Below, piece after piece: positions 19,966-28,494 of a stretch of DNA of 64,000 nt. Every line of letters starts with the position of its first letter. The stretch's first letter is position 1. The position numbers were made by a program, and so were the translations under genes. This stretch comes from Acidimicrobiales bacterium (GTDB lineage Bacteria; Actinomycetota; Acidimicrobiia; Acidimicrobiales; Aldehydirespiratoraceae): assembly GCA_049437325.1 (NCBI GenBank), contig JBMTIM010000010.1, positions 57 to 64,056 on the forward strand. The letters are read 5' to 3'. The notes below the pieces were generated by a model that saw only the letters and a program-made list of their open reading frames with translations, made no database searches and was not told the origin of the DNA.

Positions 19966-21597
19966 CTACGGATTCGGCCTCACCGGGAACGGCTCGCGGC
20001 GCGCTTCGAAGACGAACCCATCGAACCCGGTCTCCGCAATCTCGGTGAGGCGATTGAAGTACATCGAACCGCCGAGGTGACCGAGGAACTGCCGGGGTTT
20101 GCCCGGAATGTTTGCGCCCAGGTACCAGGAATCGGTCCGCGGGTAGAGGGTGCGATGTGCGATGCCTTGGATCTCGGCATCCCACGACGCCTCCGCTTCG
20201 ACAGTCGGTTCGACAGCCCCCAGCTCCTCGGATTCGAGGTGGCGAATGCATGCGTCGATCCACTTGGTCTGGAGCTCGGCACCAAGGGGCATCGTGAAGA
20301 AGACCCCGGGTGAACCAGGACCATGAATCATGAAAAGGTTCGGAAAGCCGGCCACGGTCATGCCGAGGTTTGTGTCGAACCGCTCCGCCCACTTCTCTCG
20401 CAGCGATACGCCTCGGCGTCCCTTCGGGTTGAGTTGCAACATCGATCCACTCACTGCGTCGAAGCCGGTGGCGAGAACGAGCATGTCGATCGGGTGCTCG
20501 GCCTCGGTGGTGTGCGCCGCCGTGGTGCTGAACCGCTCGATGGGATCGGTCCGGAGGTCGACCAGCGTCACGTTCTTGCGGTTGTAGGTCTCGAAATAGC
20601 CGTTGTCGAGGATGAGACGCTTGGTTCCGAACGGATAGCTCGGCATGAGTTTGGCCGCAGTGTCGGGATCGTCGACGATGCTTCGGATCTTGCCCCGCAC
20701 GAATGCGCCGATCTCGTCGTTGAGCGCCTCATCGGTGTACACCCCTCGAAAGCTGTTGATCGCAAGATGCATGCCGCCGCGTTGCCACATCTCCTCGTAA
20801 CGGGCCGCTCGCTCCTCGGGGGAGTGATCACTCGCCTGCAGCTTCGTCGTCGGGAACGGCCAGCCGCCTCGGTGACGCATCGAACCGCGAAGCTCGTCCC
20901 AGTTGGCCCGATACTCGGCCAGATCTTCCGCTGCGAGTGGCCGGTTGCGAGCCGGGAGCGAATACTGCGGGGTTCGCTGAAAGACGGTCACATGCTCGGC
21001 CGATACGGCGATCTGCGGGATGGCCTGGACCCCCGACGAACCGGTGCCGATCACGCCGACACGTCGACCCTCGAACGAGACCGGTTCGTGAGGCCATCGA
21101 CCGGTATGAAAGATGTCTCCGCCGAACTCGTCGATCCCTGGATAGTCGGGCATATTCGCCACGAACAGCGCGCCAACCGCACAGATCAGAAAGCGAGCCG
21201 TCGCCTCCGTCCCCTGGTCGGTTTCGATCGTCCAGTGCTGGGTCTGTTCGTCGTAGTGCGCGTCGGTGACAACGGTGTCGAACGTGATGTCTCGTCGAAG
21301 GTCGAGCCGATCGGCGACGAACTCGACGTAACGCAGCACGTCGGCCTGGCTGCTCTGGGTCTCGGGCCAGACCCACTCGTCGACGAGGTCTTGACTGAAC
21401 GTGTACGCGTAGAACGGACTACTCGGCGCGTCGACCCGTGCCCCCGGATAGCGGTTGTACCACCACGTGCCTCCGACATCGCTCGCCCCGTCGAAGCCAT
21501 GAACGGCGAGTCCCATCTGATCGCGCAGGTGGTGCAACGCGTAGAGACCACCGAAGCCCGCACCGATGACGATGGCGTCGTAGGTCGTGTCGGACAC
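19966..21597 (-). CDS. Baeyer-Villiger monooxygenase (cyclohexanone monooxygenase family)
   Basis: GAGFGG, GGTWWYNRYPGAR, FGGDIFHTGRWP fingerprint, GTGSSG, ATGF. Confidence 0.95.
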   Translation of the reverse strand: MSDTTYDAIVIGAGFGGLYALHHLRDQMGLAVHGFDGASDVGGTWWYNRYPGARVDAPSSPFYAYTFSQDLVDEWVWPETQSSQADVLRYVEFVADRLDLRRDITFDTVVTDAHYDEQTQHWTIETDQGTEATARFLICAVGALFVANMPDYPGIDEFGGDIFHTGRWPHEPVSFEGRRVGVIGTGSSGVQAIPQIAVSAEHVTVFQRTPQYSLPARNRPLAAEDLAEYRANWDELRGSMRHRGGWPFPTTKLQASDHSPEERAARYEEMWQRGGMHLAINSFRGVYTDEALNDEIGAFVRGKIRSIVDDPDTAAKLMPSYPFGTKRLILDNGYFETYNRKNVTLVDLRTDPIERFSTTAAHTTEAEHPIDMLVLATGFDAVSGSMLQLNPKGRRGVSLREKWAERFDTNLGMTVAGFPNLFMIHGPGSPGVFFTMPLGAELQTKWIDACIRHLESEELGAVEPTVEAEASWDAEIQGIAHRTLYPRTDSWYLGANIPGKPRQFLGHLGGSMYFNRLTEIAETGFDGFVFEARREPFPVRPNP

Positions 21598-21633
21598 AGG
21601 GCGCAACGTAACGCGCTGCGGTACGTTCCGGGA

Positions 21634-22938
21634 ATGCCGACCATGGAACCTGCCGCACAACTCGGTTCCCGACGGAACCGAGCGCTCGGAACAGGCATGC
21701 CACTGTTCTACCGGGAGCCGCTGCACCTCGTCCGAGGCGATGGTGTGGAGCTCTTCGATCCCCACGGCCGACGGTACGTCGACATGTACAACAACGTGCC
21801 GTGCGTGGGCCACGCCAACCCCCGAGTCGCAGAGGCGATGCGAGCGCAGCAGTCCACGCTGAACACGCACAGCCGCTACCTCCACGAGTCGATCATCGAG
21901 CTGGCGGAGCGCCTGACCGATCTGCACACGACGCCGGGAATGGAGAGCGTCAGCTTCTCCTGTTCCGGAACCGAAGCAGTCGACGTTGCGATGCAGATGG
22001 CGCGGACAGCGACAGGGAACCGTGGATTCATCTCCACCGACGGCACCTACCACGGCAACATCGGTGATGTGGGTGGGCTCGGACTGGCCGCCCGCATGCC
22101 CGAGGCATTCCCGACGATCCGAACGATCCCGTTCCCGCAGACACTTCGTCCGATCGAGCCCGGGCTCGGCGACGCCGAACTCACCGAGGCCTACCTCGCT
22201 CGACTCGACGTAGCCATCGAGTCCCTGAAGACCGCAGGGCACGGTGTTGCTGCGCTGGTGCTCTGTTCGATCCAGGCGAACGAGGGCCTGCCCGACATCC
22301 CGTCTGACTTCATGGCTCGTGCATCGGCGATGGTGAAGATGAACGGGGGTCTGGTGATCGCCGACGAGGTGCAGGCCGGCTACGGACGGCCCGGCCGCTG
22401 GTGGGGATACGAGGTATCCGGACTCCGGCCCGACATCGTGGTCACCGGCAAGCCAATGGGCAACGGGCTGCCGCTGTCGGCCACGACGTCGAGCCACGAG
22501 ATCGTCTCGGGGTGGCGAGCGAAGGCCGGCTACTTCAACACCTTTGCATCGAGCCCGCTGCAAGCAGCGGTGGGTCTGGCCGTTCTCGACGAAATCGAGG
22601 AACGTCAACTTGTCGAAAACGCCGCTCGGGTCGGTGCACGACTGCACGCCGAGCTCACAGCCCGCCTCGACCCGGACCATCATCCGTGGATGGCCGAGAT
22701 CCGAGGCGTCGGACTCTTCCTTGCGATCGAAGTCGTCGAGGCGCACGACACCCTTGCGCCAGACGCCGAACGGGCGGTCGAGGTGGTGAACCGCCTCAAG
22801 GATGCCGGCTTCTTGACCTCCAACGCCGGGGCTCACCGCAACGTGGTGAAGATCCGACCACCGCTGGTCTTCTCCGATGCCAATGCCGACGAGTTCTTGA
22901 CGGCATTCGATCGCATGCTCCTCGAACTCGATGGCTGA
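21634..22938 (+). CDS. Class III PLP enzyme (AGXT2L/phospho-lyase-like)
   Basis: DMYNNVPCVGH, LNTHSRYLH, ADEVQAGYGR, PDIVVTGKPMGNG, YFNTF, KIRPPL. Confidence 0.9.
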   Translation: MPTMEPAAQLGSRRNRALGTGMPLFYREPLHLVRGDGVELFDPHGRRYVDMYNNVPCVGHANPRVAEAMRAQQSTLNTHSRYLHESIIELAERLTDLHTTPGMESVSFSCSGTEAVDVAMQMARTATGNRGFISTDGTYHGNIGDVGGLGLAARMPEAFPTIRTIPFPQTLRPIEPGLGDAELTEAYLARLDVAIESLKTAGHGVAALVLCSIQANEGLPDIPSDFMARASAMVKMNGGLVIADEVQAGYGRPGRWWGYEVSGLRPDIVVTGKPMGNGLPLSATTSSHEIVSGWRAKAGYFNTFASSPLQAAVGLAVLDEIEERQLVENAARVGARLHAELTARLDPDHHPWMAEIRGVGLFLAIEVVEAHDTLAPDAERAVEVVNRLKDAGFLTSNAGAHRNVVKIRPPLVFSDANADEFLTAFDRMLLELDG

Positions 22939-23926
22939 CCCCGACCTTCTTCGCGCTGCAGCCGAACGGGCCTGCGCCCGGTTCGACGTCGACGATCACC
23001 ATGTCGAGTTGGTGGCTGTCGGGGAGAACGTCACCTATTGCGCCCGACGAGACGAATCGGCGTACGTCCTTCGCCTGCACCGGCCGGGCTACCACACCCT
23101 CGCAGAGCTCGACTCCGAGCGGCTCTGGCTCGAAGCGCTTCGCGCTGCCGATATCAGCGTGCCCGAGCCGGTCTGCGCGCCAGACGGCCGTTATTTCATC
23201 CCTGTCGAGGTGACATCGGACGACGAGCGCTTTGCCGGCCTGACCCGCTGGCGAGACGGTGCCGTTGTCGCCGATCTCCAACAATCAACCGACCTCACTG
23301 CTGAGGTGACCGACGAGTTCGCCCAACTCGGCACGCTGATGGCACAGATGCACACCCAAGCCGTTGCCTGGGACCCCCCCGCCCACTTCACCCGTCAACG
23401 ACTCGACGCCGACGGACTCGTCGGTGAGGCTCCGTTCTGGGGCCGCTTCTGGGAGGCTGAGGACCTCTCCGCGTCGCAGGCGGATGCGCTCGAAACGGCT
23501 CGTCTCGTCGCGCTCGACCGACTTCGACGCTACGGCGAACCGGTCGACCGGTTCAGCGTGATTCATGCTGATCTACACCTCGGCAATCTCCTCGTCGACT
23601 CCACCGGTGCACTGAGCGTGATCGATTTCGACGACGCCGGGTACGGGTGGCACCAATACGACATGGCGGTTGCGCTCTTGCACATGCAGGACGCACCCGA
23701 CGCTGGATCGGCCCGATCCGCGTTCTTCGAGGCCTACCGCGCGGTTCGTCCGATCAGTGACGACGAGCTCACCTGGGTGTCGTTCTTCGAGACGGTGCGA
23801 TTGATGATGCTGATCGGGTGGAAGGCGCAGCGTCCCGAGGTGGTGTGGCCAGCGGGCCGATTCGACGACGTGGTCGACGAAGCCCTCGCTCGGGTCGGTG
23901 ACCTCGACCAGCCCACCATTGGATGA
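22931..23926 (+). CDS. Aminoglycoside phosphotransferase-fold kinase (homoserine kinase type II-like)
   Basis: ENVTY, VLRLHRPGYH, IHADLHLGN, IDFDD. Confidence 0.88.
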   Translation: MADPDLLRAAAERACARFDVDDHHVELVAVGENVTYCARRDESAYVLRLHRPGYHTLAELDSERLWLEALRAADISVPEPVCAPDGRYFIPVEVTSDDERFAGLTRWRDGAVVADLQQSTDLTAEVTDEFAQLGTLMAQMHTQAVAWDPPAHFTRQRLDADGLVGEAPFWGRFWEAEDLSASQADALETARLVALDRLRRYGEPVDRFSVIHADLHLGNLLVDSTGALSVIDFDDAGYGWHQYDMAVALLHMQDAPDAGSARSAFFEAYRAVRPISDDELTWVSFFETVRLMMLIGWKAQRPEVVWPAGRFDDVVDEALARVGDLDQPTIG

Positions 23927-23928
23927 GC

Positions 23929-24729
23929 TCAGATGTTGTCGAAGACGCCACCTCGGCCTTTCCCGGAACTGAACCGACGAGCCCCTTCGCGACTCTCGCC
24001 TGATCGGAGGGTGGTGTCACCGAGTAGCCCTTCGTTGTGCATCGCAGCCTCGAAGTCGAGGTCCCACTGCTCGATGGCTGATCGTCGATCGGTACGCAGG
24101 CACGACTGCGGAAACTGCGCGATCTGTTGAGCCAACTCGACAGCGGCCTCGAGCGATGTACCGGCCGGGACCACACGGTTGGCGAGCCCCATCTGTTTCG
24201 CCTCGTCGGCATCGACGGCGCGGCCGGTCAAGATCATGTCCATCGCATGGGAATGTCCGATCAACCGCGGCAGCCGCACGGTTCCGCCGTCGATCAGGGG
24301 CACGCCCCAACGACGGCAATAGACACCGAACGTTGCGTCTTGGTCCACAACGCGCATGTCACACCAGAGCGCCAACTCGAGACCACCGGCGACGGCGTAC
24401 CCCGAGACGGCAGCGATGACTGGCTTCCTGAGGCGCAGGTACGACGGCCCCATCGGTGCCCGTGACTCGTGGCGATCGATCGGGGGTGCCGGAGGTGGGG
24501 TCGGTTCGAAGGTTCCATCACCGACGGCCTTGAGGTCAGCCCCGGCACAGAACGTTCCGCCGGCACCGGTGAGCACTGCGATCTTCAACGAGTCATCGCT
24601 GTCGAAGTCGACGAAGGTCTGCCCAAGCTTGCGAGCCGTGGGCGAGTCGACTGCATTCCGAGCTTGCGGGCGGTTGATGGTGACGACGAGGATCTCGCCT
24701 CGCCGTTCCGTCACGACGGTGTCGGTCAT
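23929..24729 (-). CDS. Enoyl-CoA hydratase/crotonase
   Basis: INRPQARNA, FCAGADLK, AVAGGLELALWCD. Confidence 0.95.
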   Translation of the reverse strand: MTDTVVTERRGEILVVTINRPQARNAVDSPTARKLGQTFVDFDSDDSLKIAVLTGAGGTFCAGADLKAVGDGTFEPTPPPAPPIDRHESRAPMGPSYLRLRKPVIAAVSGYAVAGGLELALWCDMRVVDQDATFGVYCRRWGVPLIDGGTVRLPRLIGHSHAMDMILTGRAVDADEAKQMGLANRVVPAGTSLEAAVELAQQIAQFPQSCLRTDRRSAIEQWDLDFEAAMHNEGLLGDTTLRSGESREGARRFSSGKGRGGVFDNI

Positions 24730-24830
24730 GACCCCTCTCTAGCCGAGACGAGGCCCGATGCTCGAACCCTTCACTGGCGAAGATGGTTGTCGCTTGACAG
24801 TTCTGCCGAGATTCGATCGAGTGAACCGTC

Positions 24831-25943
24831 GTGACGACACCGGAAAACACGATCGACCCATTCGAGGCCGAGGCACCACCCGAACTTGGTGTGGTTCGCG
24901 CCGGTGAAGACCTCGATTGGACAAGGATCGAGGCCTACCTCCGCGCTGAACTTCCTGAGGATCTCGACACCGACGGCGAGTTTTCGGTCCTTCAGTTTCC
25001 CAACGGCTCGGCCAACCTCACCTACCTGATCCGGTTCGGTGACACCGAGGTGGTCTTGCGGCGCCCTCCCCATGGCGCGCTGGCTCCGGGAGCCCACGAC
25101 ATGGGCCGGGAATACACCGTGCTCTCGAAGCTCTGGCACGTCTTCGAGCGGGCCCCTCGGGCGTACCTGTTTTGCGACGACCACACGGTTGCGGGTGCGG
25201 ACTTCTTCGTGATGGAGCGACGTCGTGGCGAGGTGATCCGAGGGGTGGTTCCCGAATCGATGCGCAGCCAACCCGACGTTGGTCGTCGGATCGGCTACGC
25301 ACTCGTCGATGCCATCGCCGAGTTCCATCTCCTCGACCCCGCCTCTGTCGGCCTCGGCGACCTCGGTCGACCCCATGGTTTCGTGGAACGCCAGGTCGTT
25401 GGTTGGAAGAAACGGTGGGATTTGGTGGCCGACGAGCGCTACGACATCGGCATGTGCGAGATCCACGCCCGTCTCGAACGCTCGATGCCGGCACCGCAAC
25501 GAGTGAGCTTCGTGCACAACGATCTGAAGCTCGACAACTGCATGTTCGCCGCCGGTCAGCCAGATGTGTTGACCTCGTTCTTCGATTGGGACATGACCAC
25601 GCTCGGTGATCCCCTGGTCGATCTCGGAACCCTTCTCAACTACTGGCCCGAAGCCGACGACGGTCCGGAATCACCCCGGCTCAGCCACGATGGGATGCAA
25701 CGGATGGGCCTACCGACTCGAACCGAGATCGCACGGCGGTACGGCGAGCGGAGCGGCCTCGATGTCTCGGCCACCGGTTGGTACGACGCGTTCGCCCAGT
25801 GGAAAACCGCCACCGTCATTCAGCAACTCCACCACCGCTGGCTGGTCGGAGCATCGAGCGATCCTCGAATGGAGTTCATCGCGGCTCGACTACCTCGTCT
25901 TGTCGAGAGCGCAACCGCAACACTCGACGATCTCGGCCTGTAA
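24831..25943 (+). CDS. Phosphotransferase family protein (ACAD10/11 N-terminal-like)
   Basis: QFPNGSANLTY, LRRPP, AHDMGRE, HNDLKLDN, DWDMTTLGDPLVDLG. Confidence 0.9.
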   Translation: MTTPENTIDPFEAEAPPELGVVRAGEDLDWTRIEAYLRAELPEDLDTDGEFSVLQFPNGSANLTYLIRFGDTEVVLRRPPHGALAPGAHDMGREYTVLSKLWHVFERAPRAYLFCDDHTVAGADFFVMERRRGEVIRGVVPESMRSQPDVGRRIGYALVDAIAEFHLLDPASVGLGDLGRPHGFVERQVVGWKKRWDLVADERYDIGMCEIHARLERSMPAPQRVSFVHNDLKLDNCMFAAGQPDVLTSFFDWDMTTLGDPLVDLGTLLNYWPEADDGPESPRLSHDGMQRMGLPTRTEIARRYGERSGLDVSATGWYDAFAQWKTATVIQQLHHRWLVGASSDPRMEFIAARLPRLVESATATLDDLGL

Positions 25944-25949
25944 CCCTCG

Positions 25950-27371
25950 CTACTCCTCGGCGGGGGGCGACGTGGTCGTCGTCGTGGTTGGTGGCGTTGT
26001 CGTCGTGGTCGAAGGCGGCACCGTCGTCGTGGTCGAAGGCGGCACCGTCGTCGTGGTCGAAGGCGGCACCGTCGTCGTGGTCGAGGATGAAGGCGGCGGA
26101 TCGGGCGACGTCGGGTACTGGAACACTCCCACATGCACGTGGTCGTGGTGGACCTCGTTGGTGAACGTGTGCGCGACCGCATCCGGAAAGCGCCACGGGC
26201 TGCCGAACTCTCGAATGTCGTAGCGCGACACGATCCACTCCGAGAGTGCATAAAGATCCGAGGACCTGTCGTGTGAATCGATGACCAGCTTCGACTCGAA
26301 GCTGTAGATGTCGACCGCTCGGCCGGCGGAATGGTTGCTCACTCGGTCGGTGCCGAAGACGTGGTACGCGTGGCCGGTCTGGAACACGACCACCGAATAC
26401 GACATCCGGTCGGCGATGTCGAGCATCAGTTCCAGCAACTGACGGTCGATCTTGCCCTCGTAGACGTCCCAGACCGCAGTGTCGGGCAGGTCGATCCGTT
26501 CGTGATCGACGACCGCAGCAGCAATCGGATCGAGATCGATTGGCCGGTCGATCGGCCGACCACCCACCGAAGCGATGGTCTCGAGGGTCCATCCACCGGC
26601 CGCGGATCCGGCAAGGCGAATCTCCATCGTTCGGGTTTCGACCCGTTCCGGTGAACCGCTGTTCTCCCGTCCGATTTCCTGACGAATCACGACGATGATC
26701 GAGATCCGGTTGTCGAGCCACCCGCCCAGTTGGGCGTACTCGACCGTCCCACGCGACCACATTCCCGGGTGATGCACGCTCTGGACCTCGAGAACCATGG
26801 CATCGACGAACTCCGGACCAACGGGATCGACACTGCCGAGGACGTCGTCGAGCGTCGAGGTGGATTCGTAGTTGGTGATGCGGTGCGCCACAAGGGCGCC
26901 GAGGTACTTGGCTTCGGGTTGGACCTCGTTGACCGTTGGTTCGAACGGATCGGAGACGGCCGGTGCGAACGGATCGCGGACCTCTTGATCCGCCTCACGC
27001 TCCTCCTCAGTGCTGTCGACCCCACTCGTCTCGAGGGCCGTCGTCGTGGTGATCTGCTCAGACGGAGCAGTCGAGTCGGACTCCTCGGCAACGAGACGCC
27101 CATCATCGGCGACAGCAGCGCTGGGGTCGTCGCCACCGCTCCTCACAACGACGAGTGCGAACAGCACGACCACGTTCAACACACCCACGCCGACCACGAG
27201 CTGTTGGAGAAGCAGTTGGGCAGAGCGCCAGTGCGGTCCACCGACGAGCGATCCCAGCCCACTGCCGGGCATCGGCGGTGACAACTCGGTCGACTCCACG
27301 GCATCTCCAACCACCGGACCGGTGTCTCCGCCGACACTCACGGGCGCTACAGGATCGTCAGGCCGCGTCAC
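25950..27371 (-). CDS. Membrane-anchored protein with putative M15/LAS-type Zn peptidase domain and Thr/Pro tail
   Basis: TM near the N-terminus; HSAGRAVD (Hx6D) and HVH (HxH); STTTTVPP repeats at the C-terminus. Confidence 0.65.
   Translation of the reverse strand: MTRPDDPVAPVSVGGDTGPVVGDAVESTELSPPMPGSGLGSLVGGPHWRSAQLLLQQLVVGVGVLNVVVLFALVVVRSGGDDPSAAVADDGRLVAEESDSTAPSEQITTTTALETSGVDSTEEEREADQEVRDPFAPAVSDPFEPTVNEVQPEAKYLGALVAHRITNYESTSTLDDVLGSVDPVGPEFVDAMVLEVQSVHHPGMWSRGTVEYAQLGGWLDNRISIIVVIRQEIGRENSGSPERVETRTMEIRLAGSAAGGWTLETIASVGGRPIDRPIDLDPIAAAVVDHERIDLPDTAVWDVYEGKIDRQLLELMLDIADRMSYSVVVFQTGHAYHVFGTDRVSNHSAGRAVDIYSFESKLVIDSHDRSSDLYALSEWIVSRYDIREFGSPWRFPDAVAHTFTNEVHHDHVHVGVFQYPTSPDPPPSSSTTTTVPPSTTTTVPPSTTTTVPPSTTTTTPPTTTTTTSPPAEE
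25999..26084. repeat. 24-bp coding tandem repeat, about 3.6 copies
   Basis: gtcgtcgtggtcgaaggcggcacc x3 plus a partial copy; encodes STTTTVPP units on the minus strand. Confidence 0.9.
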
Positions 27372-28332
27372 CGGGTGACTCCGAGAGTAGGTGATCAGAC
27401 GCCGCTATCGATGGGGCCGTCCGGTTGGCCTCCCACGCAGCAATCGGTCGTTCGACAAGGTGCCACGACGCCAGGGCTGCCGTAATCGTGAAGATCGCAG
27501 CGCTCCACAGCGGAATGTCCGAACGGACGAACACGTAGTGCCACAGGAAGATCCCGAACGAGATCTCAGCGACCTTGAGCAAGACGCGGTTCTCCAGCCA
27601 GGTTGGCGCTCGTCGGGCGTACTCGACAGCAACCGCCGACAGCCCAACGGCCAGGAACCCACCCCACAAGATCAGGCTCCCCGTATTGCCGAAGACGGGA
27701 AGCAACATCAGCGCGAACAGTAACGGGATCGACCACCGAGCGAGCGGAATCCTCCGCAGATCGGTGACAGCCAACAAACAACCGACCAACAGCGCCGCCG
27801 CATTCGTGTCGGTGGCGTTGTACACCCATCCCGGTGACATGATCTCGATCGCGATCACCCGCCAGACGAGGGCAGCGACGGTAAGACCACCGATGACATG
27901 CACACGCCGATGTGCCGGAATGATCTTCATCACCAGCGGCCACACCACGTAGAAGTGGAAGATCACCGCCACGAACCATGTGTGGGTCAGGCGGCCGAGC
28001 GTGACCCCCTCGGTACGGGCGTAGTTCGCGTAGAAGCCGATGGCCGGTTGCACCTGGACCCAGGCCGTACCGACGGCCAGCAGCGCCACGCACACCACGG
28101 CCAGGGCAGGCACCAAACGCACGAGCCGCTTTCGGTAGAAGCCCAGGAGATCGAGGCCACCGTTCCGGTCGATCTCCGCACAAATCGAGGCGGTGATCAC
28201 GAAACCCGACAGCACGAAAAACAGCTGAACCCCCCAATGTCCGGCAGGAACGAGCTGATTGTCGACGTGATAGGCAACAACCATCGCGATTGCGATCGTG
28301 CGCAGCCCATCGAGAGCGGCAATACGTCCCAT
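27358..28332 (-). CDS. Acyltransferase family 3 (OafA/YrhL-like)
   Basis: LDGLRTIAIAMVVAYH, GVQLFFVLSGFVIT, FYRKRLVRLVP, HTW. Confidence 0.9.
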   Translation of the reverse strand: MGRIAALDGLRTIAIAMVVAYHVDNQLVPAGHWGVQLFFVLSGFVITASICAEIDRNGGLDLLGFYRKRLVRLVPALAVVCVALLAVGTAWVQVQPAIGFYANYARTEGVTLGRLTHTWFVAVIFHFYVVWPLVMKIIPAHRRVHVIGGLTVAALVWRVIAIEIMSPGWVYNATDTNAAALLVGCLLAVTDLRRIPLARWSIPLLFALMLLPVFGNTGSLILWGGFLAVGLSAVAVEYARRAPTWLENRVLLKVAEISFGIFLWHYVFVRSDIPLWSAAIFTITAALASWHLVERPIAAWEANRTAPSIAASDHLLSESPGDAA

Positions 28333-28494
28333 CTTCGTGCTCCTCGTACCGACGCAACGATCATCGCAGTTCGACGGCCGATAGCGCAGGCACCCGCCCG
28401 CGAATTCGCTCGCTGTCGGCGCACGAGTCCGTCCTCAGGGCCGGGGTCGGATCCGTGCAGAACTACGCCAGCTCGCCGACGGGCACTCCGGTCC

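Noticed and set aside
19966-22938. Apparent 956-aa and 871-aa ORFs suggesting BVMO or aminotransferase fusions
   Set aside because: The N-terminal extensions are antisense readthrough of the divergent neighbour; the real starts at 21597 and 21634 each have a -10 box.
25999-26084. Tandem repeat as a possible CRISPR array
   Set aside because: Head-to-tail 24-bp units with no spacers, in frame within a Thr/Pro linker; no cas genes.
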